From an uncultured virus (IMG/VR IMGVR_UViG_3300028048_002585) (lineage: Duplodnaviria > Heunggongvirae > Uroviricota > Caudoviricetes): a stretch of DNA of 64,000 bases. The position numbers were made by a program, and so were the translations under genes. Below are positions 57,252 to 64,000 of this stretch, piece after piece. Below the pieces are notes generated by a model, which saw only the letters and a program-made list of their open reading frames with translations, was not told the DNA's origin and searched no databases. The stretch lies in IMG/VR virus record IMGVR_UViG_3300028048_002585, one strand, 5' to 3'. The stretch's first letter is position 1. Every line of letters begins with the position of its first letter.

Positions 57252-58601
57252 ATGATAGAAGTCAATAAGAAATACGGATGCTTGACCGTATTAGATAATG
57301 GAGATGAGTATAAATCGTCTGAATTGTATTCTACGTTTGTTGAAGAATACAAAAAGGCAAAAGAGGCAGCTCGTCCTATACTGGAAGAACTTGAAGCAAT
57401 TAAGCAGCTTATGGATGAAAATCCGGCATTTAAAGAATTAGCAAATGGAAAAAGAAAACCAACCGGTGAAAAAGAAAGAGAGTTTGCTGAGAGAGAACGG
57501 ATGTTTCGAATAAATGCCTATTATAGTCCAGAGTGGCATGCATTATTACCAGCACAATATAAGGTGGAAAAGCATTATAAGTGTCAATGTAAGTGCGGTA
57601 AGATTCATTATTATAACGAGGAAACAATATTATCAAAGCCTAGTTATTGCTTCCGTCCGATTGCTATCGCAGATAATACGTTTAATTATAGTATAAGTGC
57701 GAAAAATGCAACTCACAGAAAAGAGAAGAAATATGAAAAAATGGAGAATGTAAGGCTTTGGTCAAAGCCGCCTTCTGGAGCACCTTTGCAGTATATAATA
57801 CATAGTAAAGAACCTGAAGATCTAAGCCTTCCATCTGAAGAGTATTGTGAACTATATAATAAATACAAAATTAAACAGTTACTGAAAAAGGAAGAAGAAT
57901 ATAAGATAATAGTATCAGAGCTTCCGAGAGTAAATGCCAAGAATTACGACATTGACTATACCGGAAAGCAGTATGAATCTTTATATATAGAAAAATGTGT
58001 TGATGATCATTTAGAAAGTAAGCCACGTTTTTCTTATAGACAACCGATGCTAGGGCGTAAACGTAAGTACTGGCATAATATTACGGTATACAAGCAATAT
58101 AAATGCGTATGTACCGTATGTGGTAAGGAGCAATTGATCACTTGCGATAAATTTGGTATATATCCGCCTACAGAATATGGATACCGGGCATACAATGGAT
58201 ATTGGAGTGATGTTCTTTGTGATTGTCATCCAATTTCTTCATTCCAATGGATTGTCACTAAACTACTGATGGATAATAACATACATTACAAGGTTGAATA
58301 CACATTTGATGACTTATATGGTATCCACGGGCAGAATAAACTAAGGTTTGATTTTGCAATACTAAATGATGACGGTTCTATTAAGTGTCTGATTGAATGT
58401 CAGGGAGAGCAGCATTATAAACCAGTTGAAGAATTTGGCGGTGAAAGGCAGTTTGAAGAACAGAAAAAAAATGATCAGCTTAAAAGGGAATATGCAAAAG
58501 CACATAGTATTCAGCTGATAGAGATATCATATAAAGATAAGGCGATTGAGAAGATAGAAGACATATTACTGAAAAGTGATATAATTCAAAATAAGGGATA
58601 A
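57252..58601 (+). CDS. Protein with Cys motifs and C-terminal Vsr/DUF559-like PD-(D/E)XK nuclease domain
   Basis: CQCKCG, CVCTVCG; LRFDFAI..LIECQGEQHY..NDQLKREYA..LIEI. Confidence 0.7.
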   Translation: MIEVNKKYGCLTVLDNGDEYKSSELYSTFVEEYKKAKEAARPILEELEAIKQLMDENPAFKELANGKRKPTGEKEREFAERERMFRINAYYSPEWHALLPAQYKVEKHYKCQCKCGKIHYYNEETILSKPSYCFRPIAIADNTFNYSISAKNATHRKEKKYEKMENVRLWSKPPSGAPLQYIIHSKEPEDLSLPSEEYCELYNKYKIKQLLKKEEEYKIIVSELPRVNAKNYDIDYTGKQYESLYIEKCVDDHLESKPRFSYRQPMLGRKRKYWHNITVYKQYKCVCTVCGKEQLITCDKFGIYPPTEYGYRAYNGYWSDVLCDCHPISSFQWIVTKLLMDNNIHYKVEYTFDDLYGIHGQNKLRFDFAILNDDGSIKCLIECQGEQHYKPVEEFGGERQFEEQKKNDQLKREYAKAHSIQLIEISYKDKAIEKIEDILLKSDIIQNKG

Positions 58602-58639
58602 CATGAAATTATAGAGGAAACTGAAGGGGGAAATCAGCT

Positions 58640-59764
58640 ATGCCCAATGCAGAGTTTTTGAAACAAGCAAAAAAAGGTAAAAATGACGAATTTTACACTC
58701 AGTATGAGGATATACAAAAAGAAATGAATGCATATCTTGAATATAATCCTGATACGTTTCGAGATAAAACTGTATTATTACCTTGTGATGATCCTGAATG
58801 GAGCAATTTTACGAAATTTTTTGCTCAAAACTTTGAAAAGTATGGTTTGAAAAAACTTATAAGCACAAGTTATGCAACTGAAAGTAAAAATAAGAATATT
58901 CCACCAAACTATCAATTTACCGTTGAAGATTTTCTTACAGACTATGAAAAGAATTCTCCTAAATTCGATAGAGACATTACTTCAAGAAGAGGTAAAGTAT
59001 TTATATTAGACAGAGATAGTAACAATTCCGGAACTATCAATATTGAAGATCTTGATTGGGAATACTTGGATGGAGACGGAGATTTCCGTTCTGATGAGGT
59101 ATGTAGGTTAAGAGATGAAGCTGATATAATAATAACGAATCCACCATTTTCTTTATTTCGCGAATTTTTAGCCTGGGTTATAGAAAAAGACAAGAAGTTT
59201 ATGATGATAGGAAATATTAATTGTATTTCCTATAAAGAAGTGTTTCCTCTGATAAAAGACAATAAAGCATGGCTTGGAAATGGTATGGGCAGATGGATTT
59301 CCGGGTTCATAGTTCCGGATAAATATGAGTTGTATGGAACTGAGGCTCGAATAGAAAATGGTAAAAGAATAGTAGCAACAAATAATTGTCTATGGCTTAC
59401 TAATATTGAGCATGGTAGGAGGCACAAACCGTTGCCATTGATGACCATGGAAGAAAACTTGAAATTTAGTAAACACAAACAAATTAAAGAAATGGGATAT
59501 CCTAAATATGACAATTATGATGCAATAGAAGTGCCCTTTTATGATGCTATTCCCAAGGATTATGAGGGATTGATAGGTGTTCCTGTAACATTTCTTGATA
59601 AGTATTGTCCTGATCAATTTGATATAGTTGGATGTAGTGATAATGGTGCTGTTCCAGATAACTATAAGTTACCTCATTTTAAGAAACATAATGAACCATA
59701 TGTAGATGGTAAGAAAGTATATAAGCGTATATTCATCAGAAGGAAAGGGGTTGCTAATGGCTAA
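58640..59764 (+). CDS. Adenine-specific methyltransferase, EcoRI-like family (copy 1)
   Basis: KNDEFYT, LPCDDP, GDGDFRS, ITNPPFSLF. Confidence 0.9.
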   Translation: MPNAEFLKQAKKGKNDEFYTQYEDIQKEMNAYLEYNPDTFRDKTVLLPCDDPEWSNFTKFFAQNFEKYGLKKLISTSYATESKNKNIPPNYQFTVEDFLTDYEKNSPKFDRDITSRRGKVFILDRDSNNSGTINIEDLDWEYLDGDGDFRSDEVCRLRDEADIIITNPPFSLFREFLAWVIEKDKKFMMIGNINCISYKEVFPLIKDNKAWLGNGMGRWISGFIVPDKYELYGTEARIENGKRIVATNNCLWLTNIEHGRRHKPLPLMTMEENLKFSKHKQIKEMGYPKYDNYDAIEVPFYDAIPKDYEGLIGVPVTFLDKYCPDQFDIVGCSDNGAVPDNYKLPHFKKHNEPYVDGKKVYKRIFIRRKGVANG

Positions 59765-60941
59765 TGAGAATTTAGGTAAAGCAAAAACTGTTAAAAATGA
59801 TGAGTTTTATACTTTATACGAATATATACAAAAGGAAATGAATGCTTATCTTGAGTATAATCCAGATGTATTTAGAGATAAAACTGTATTATGCCCTTGT
59901 GATGATCCTGAGTGGAGTAATTTTACTCGTTTTTTTGCGCAAAACTTTGAAATGCTTGGTATAAAAAAGCTTATAAGTACGAGCTATGCGTTAGAAGCAA
60001 AAAAAAACAAGTATGAAAAATATCATCAAATTACATTATTTGAATTAAATTCTTCGCAATATGATGAAGAAAAAGCAGAAAGAAAGGGTAAGATATTTAC
60101 ACTTTCAAGGCACACAAAGAAAAAAATTAACTATGACGACCTGGAATGGGACTATCTTGAGGGAGACGGAGATTTTAGATCAGAAGAGGTAAAGAAGCTT
60201 CGTGATGAGGCTGATATTATAATCACAAATCCACCATTTTCTTTATTTAGAGAATTTATATCATGGATATATGAAGCAAACAAAAAGTGTATTATTGTTG
60301 GGAATCAGAATAATGTTACCTATCCAGATGTATTTTCTTTTATCATGAGTAATAAACTTTGGATTGGTGCCACATGTAATAGTGAAGATATGGTTTTTAT
60401 GGTTCCGGAAGGGGCGGTTGTGTCTCCAAAAGATAAAGAGAAAGCCGAGAAGATGGGCTATAAAGGCAATTATACTCGAATGGGTAATATATGTTGGTAT
60501 ACTAATATTGAACATGGTAGAAGGCATCAATTATTGAGTCTTATGACTATGGATGATAATGTAAAGTATAGCAAACATAAGGTAATAAAAGAGAATGGTT
60601 ATTTAAACTATAACAATTATGATGCTATAGACATTCCTTTCGTGGATGCAATACCATCTGATTATGATGGAAAGATGGGTGTTCCAGTAACATTTTTAGA
60701 CAAATATTGTCCTGAACAATTTGAAATTATTGGGATTTCTAATTTGAAAGAGATTCCTTTAGAGGGTGTTAAACCAGTTGGAGAAAAATGGGTTTCCGAA
60801 TATCGTAAAAGTGGAGGAACAGGTCATATTAGCCCTAATATGCATTGTTTAATAGGCTATAATAAAAGTAATACCCCAGTATCATACTATCGAAGAATAA
60901 TAATAAGGAGAAAACAAAGTGAAAACAACATTAATAACTGA
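59757..60941 (+). CDS. Adenine-specific methyltransferase, EcoRI-like family (copy 2)
   Basis: Same motifs; start MANENL overlaps the stop region of copy 1. Confidence 0.9.
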   Translation: MANENLGKAKTVKNDEFYTLYEYIQKEMNAYLEYNPDVFRDKTVLCPCDDPEWSNFTRFFAQNFEMLGIKKLISTSYALEAKKNKYEKYHQITLFELNSSQYDEEKAERKGKIFTLSRHTKKKINYDDLEWDYLEGDGDFRSEEVKKLRDEADIIITNPPFSLFREFISWIYEANKKCIIVGNQNNVTYPDVFSFIMSNKLWIGATCNSEDMVFMVPEGAVVSPKDKEKAEKMGYKGNYTRMGNICWYTNIEHGRRHQLLSLMTMDDNVKYSKHKVIKENGYLNYNNYDAIDIPFVDAIPSDYDGKMGVPVTFLDKYCPEQFEIIGISNLKEIPLEGVKPVGEKWVSEYRKSGGTGHISPNMHCLIGYNKSNTPVSYYRRIIIRRKQSENNINN

Positions 60942-62085
60942 TTATACAGTTAATGATATATGTAAGGGTTTTGTCTATAACGAATACGAGGGAAAGGGCT
61001 TATACGGTTTATCTGGAAAGTTAGTTATTCAGCCGGAATATCAGAGAAATTATATTTACGCAGATGGAAAGAAAGATGTTGCTGTTATAGAATCTCTTCT
61101 TAAAGGCTATCCTTTAGGACTTATTTACTTTGTTAAGGTTGATGATGATAAATATGAAGTCCTGGATGGTCAGCAGAGAATTACAAGTTTTGGTAGATTT
61201 AAGACAGGTAAGTTCCCAATTATAGACGATAATGGCATGCAGCAGTATTTTGATGGTTTGGATCCGGATCTTCAGAACAAGATTCTTGATAGTAAACTAA
61301 CAATATACATCTGTGAAGGTGATGAACCGGAGATAAAGGCTTGGTTTAAGACTATAAATATCGCAGGCGTACCTCTTAATAATCAGGAACTTCTTAATGC
61401 TATTTATTCGGGTCCGTTTGTTACAGCAGCTAAAGAAGAGTTTAGTAATAGTAATAATGCTAATATTCAAAAATGGAGTGCTTATATAAAGGGGGAGGTA
61501 AATAGGCAGCAATACCTTGAAACAGCTCTTATGTGGGTTTCTAAAGGTAATATAGATGCTTATATGAGCAGTCATAGGAAAGATGATAATATAAAAGAAT
61601 TAAAATCTTATTTCAATAGTGTGATAGATTGGATATCAAGTGTATTTTCTGATGTAGAATCTTCTATGAGGGGCTTGCCTTGGGGCGAACTGTATGAAAA
61701 GTATCATAAAAATTCATACAATCCATCTGAAGTACATGAAAAGCTTCAGGAGCTACTTTCTGATGAGAGTGTAACAGACAAGAAGGGTATATATGAATAC
61801 ATATTAGATGGTTGTAAGAATCCAAAGTTTCTTAATATCAGAATATTTGATGATAGAACAAAAAAGAGTGTTTATGCTAAGCAGACAGCCGAGGCTAAAG
61901 AAAAAAATGTATCCAATTGTCCTTATTGTGCTATGTCCGATAATCAGGCTATGATGAAAAGATTATGGAAATATGCTGAAATGGAAGCAGATCATGTTAC
62001 TGCTTGGAGCAAAGGCGGATCTACAAGTGTAGAGAATTGTCAAATGCTATGCAAAACACATAATGCATCTAAAGGAAATAGATAG
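60919..62085 (+). CDS. DUF262 + HNH endonuclease (putative restriction component)
   Basis: QPEYQR, LDGQQR, FKTIN; EADHVTAWSKGG..NCQMLCKTHNASK. Confidence 0.88.
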   Translation: MKTTLITDYTVNDICKGFVYNEYEGKGLYGLSGKLVIQPEYQRNYIYADGKKDVAVIESLLKGYPLGLIYFVKVDDDKYEVLDGQQRITSFGRFKTGKFPIIDDNGMQQYFDGLDPDLQNKILDSKLTIYICEGDEPEIKAWFKTINIAGVPLNNQELLNAIYSGPFVTAAKEEFSNSNNANIQKWSAYIKGEVNRQQYLETALMWVSKGNIDAYMSSHRKDDNIKELKSYFNSVIDWISSVFSDVESSMRGLPWGELYEKYHKNSYNPSEVHEKLQELLSDESVTDKKGIYEYILDGCKNPKFLNIRIFDDRTKKSVYAKQTAEAKEKNVSNCPYCAMSDNQAMMKRLWKYAEMEADHVTAWSKGGSTSVENCQMLCKTHNASKGNR

Positions 62086-62230
62086 TTGTATAAGTTATAA
62101 AACAATAAATTAATTAGAATAATTTAGAAAAGATTGTGAGACTATGTAATATAAATAGAGAAGTAAGATGTAAGATGAATCAGCTTGAGAAATCAGGCTG
62201 ATTTTTTATTTGCTGTTGTTAAAATCATTA

Positions 62231-62259
62231 TTGTTATATACGTCAATATAAACTAAAAT
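62231..62259 (+). promoter_or_regulatory. Class-2 promoter
   Basis: TTGTTA-TATACGTCAATATAAAC-TAAAAT after the terminator at 62178-62207. Confidence 0.75.
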
Positions 62260-62310
62260 AATATTATAAAGATGATTCGAATTTTATTATAAACGAATGG
62301 AGGATAGGGT

Positions 62311-62625
62311 ATGAAGAAGAAAATAACCGATCGCCTCAGCTTTATACTTACCGAGGCGGACATGAAGAGACTTAAGGTTGAGGAAAAGGATATCCTTAAG
62401 ATCACTGCTGATGTTCATGGAATGAAGGTTGTGCAGGCTAAAAAGTTCATAAATAACATAATCAATATAGTTCATTCGGCGTTTGAGATGATCGTAATCC
62501 ATGGATATAATCACGGCGTCGCAATTAAAAATATGCTCGCGGAGCAGCTCTGTAATGAGCATATAGAGGAGAAATACCCGGATGAAGTAAATATGGGTAT
62601 AACTCATATACTCATATCGTTATAA
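62311..62625 (+). CDS. Smr (small MutS-related) domain protein
   Basis: ADVHGM..AKKFI..VIHGYNHG..NMGIT. Confidence 0.75.
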   Translation: MKKKITDRLSFILTEADMKRLKVEEKDILKITADVHGMKVVQAKKFINNIINIVHSAFEMIVIHGYNHGVAIKNMLAEQLCNEHIEEKYPDEVNMGITHILISL

Positions 62626-62655
62626 CCGGATAATATGAATTGGAGGAGATAGTAT

Positions 62656-62868
62656 ATGGTGTTCAGTAAAGAAAAAATGATTGAAAGACTTAAAAAGAGC
62701 GGAAGAGGGGCAGAAATAACTGCTGATATAGTGGCTATCATGGACGATCTTGATGGTCAGGAAGCAACATCCAGCTGTTGGGACAGATGGGTAAAGGGAG
62801 AACCGGTGCTCTGGGTAATCGGAAAGTCCGGTGAAGGCCAGTATGTTAATGAGAATGATTGCGTATAA
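62656..62868 (+). CDS. Small hypothetical protein
   Basis: GGAGG RBS; operon member. Confidence 0.7.
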   Translation: MVFSKEKMIERLKKSGRGAEITADIVAIMDDLDGQEATSSCWDRWVKGEPVLWVIGKSGEGQYVNENDCV

Positions 62869-62884
62869 GTATAACGAGGGTGAT

Positions 62885-63100
62885 ATGAATGAGATGGTAA
62901 TTTGTGGGGAAAAGCTTAAGATAGGCGACAGAATACGAGTTGTAAGTCAGTGGCCGTATATGCGCACTCCCAAGTGGGCTGCGGGATATAAGGGAACTAT
63001 CGTGAGATTCAATAAGTACACCATCTCTGTCAAATTGGACGATTTCCCTAATGAGATATGTAGAATTGATTATGGAGACTGGGAAAAGATAGATATGTAA
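62885..63100 (+). CDS. Small SH3/KOW-like hypothetical protein
   Basis: LKIGDRIRV..GYKGTIV pattern. Confidence 0.55.
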   Translation: MNEMVICGEKLKIGDRIRVVSQWPYMRTPKWAAGYKGTIVRFNKYTISVKLDDFPNEICRIDYGDWEKIDM

Positions 63101-63106
63101 AGGAGA

Positions 63107-63337
63107 ATGGCCATGTATACAGAAGAACAGAGAAAAGATGCGTGGAGCATCGCTATAGAGCTCGTAGGATGTTTTGAGGATCTGCTAGATGAAAAGAATA
63201 TAAAGATACCCTGTAGTGATTCAATAGAAGAAAATGACCGACAAGGCGGAAATAACGACGCTAAGCTGTATGGTACGGAATATTACAAGCTTGTTGAGGA
63301 AGTACAGAACACATTGCTTGATAGATTTTATAAATAA
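63107..63337 (+). CDS. Small hypothetical protein
   Basis: AAGGAG RBS. Confidence 0.7.
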   Translation: MAMYTEEQRKDAWSIAIELVGCFEDLLDEKNIKIPCSDSIEENDRQGGNNDAKLYGTEYYKLVEEVQNTLLDRFYK

Positions 63338-63350
63338 GGGAGGAATTATT

Positions 63351-63713
63351 ATGAGTATACCTCTGGGATATATTAATAATGAGCAGTTACAGGATATTAG
63401 GGGAAAACGGGTCCGATTCCGGGATCTGCAGCAGTATGTGGGCAAGAAGGTTCTTCTTGAGATGCCACGCGAGTCTGCTATCGATTATAGGGTGGTAAGG
63501 ATTACATGGTTTCTTCCAGATGTAGAAGGTGTGTACGATGCATTTACTTTAGACGAAATTGGAAGGACTGATAAGGCAGGTATCAGTATTAAGGATGGAA
63601 GAAAAGAGCATGGTTCCATTAGTGAGCTTTATACTAATGGCGGCAGATGGGACGATGATTCAATTCCTTACCGGGAAACAGTGTATGAGATAAAAGGAGA
63701 AAGCTATGAATGA
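63351..63713 (+). CDS. Hypothetical protein
   Basis: GGAGG RBS before ATG 63351. Confidence 0.7.
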   Translation: MSIPLGYINNEQLQDIRGKRVRFRDLQQYVGKKVLLEMPRESAIDYRVVRITWFLPDVEGVYDAFTLDEIGRTDKAGISIKDGRKEHGSISELYTNGGRWDDDSIPYRETVYEIKGESYE

Positions 63714-63820
63714 CACTTCGGGAAGGAAATCATTTGCGGTGATCTTTAATAATGTATAAGCAAAAATCCTTACAGATTTTCATTATCTGTGAGGATTTTT
63801 ATTATGTATAAATTTTGTTA

Positions 63821-63849
63821 TTGTTATATACGTCAATATAATTTAAAAT
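63821..63849 (+). promoter_or_regulatory. Class-2 promoter
   Basis: TTGTTA-TATACGTCAATATAATT-TAAAAT; near-identical context to 62231. Confidence 0.75.
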
Positions 63850-63896
63850 AATATTATAAGATGTAGAAAAGATGCGAGATGGGGAGGCACTGAAAA

Positions 63897-64000
63897 ATGA
63901 AAAATTATTGTGTCGTATATCTTAGTCCGGGCGGAATGCATTATCGATATAGGTGTACTGCCAATAGCAAGAAAGAGGCAAGACGAATATGTCGGAACAG
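63897..64000 (+). CDS. Partial ORF running off the window
   Basis: GGAGG RBS, ATG 63897, open to the window end. Confidence 0.55.
   Translation, partial: MKNYCVVYLSPGGMHYRYRCTANSKKEARRICRN

Noticed and set aside
1..64000. Prophage or jumbo phage origin
   Set aside because: No capsid, terminase, tail, integrase or DNA polymerase is recognisable in the window; Rep_3/iteron and par modules indicate a plasmid-type replicon.

Overview
Low-GC Firmicute (Clostridia/Lachnospiraceae-like by protein style; inference) sequence that reads as part of a large plasmid, megaplasmid or chromid. It has no phage structural genes, rRNA or CRISPR. It encodes three Rep_3-like initiators (one flanked by nine iterons), three candidate partition systems (ParA/ParB, ParM/ParR-like, and a pSK1-Par-like HTH/coiled-coil protein beside ACAAC-N2/3-GTTGT arrays), many DNA-metabolism genes (two UvrD-type helicases, RecJ, SbcC-like, RecD2, topoisomerase III, HU, DnaD-dUTPase fusion), establishment/anti-defence-type genes (RadC, MoxR-type AAA+/vWA, DUF5688-like, Lar-like) and an AT-rich defence block (two EcoRI-like methylases plus a DUF262-HNH nuclease). 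The strongest unexplained signal is regulatory. (1) A non-canonical promoter-like motif T7-N18-CATAATA recurs with exact spacing at 10 sites, and 10 genes carry a conserved leader (ATTGACA...AAGGAG). (2) A second promoter class TTGnnn-TATACGTCAA-N7-TAnnnT occurs at 6 sites. (3) One class-2 promoter drives a ~215-nt ORF-less RNA (about 49207-49423) with a tRNA-like domain and an unpaired segment complementary to the conserved leader plus an anti-SD. This suggests an undescribed sRNA-controlled plasmid regulon. A ~750-bp highly structured non-coding region with its own ~150-nt RNA lies upstream of one rep gene. All family assignments come from motif recognition by eye, not database searches.
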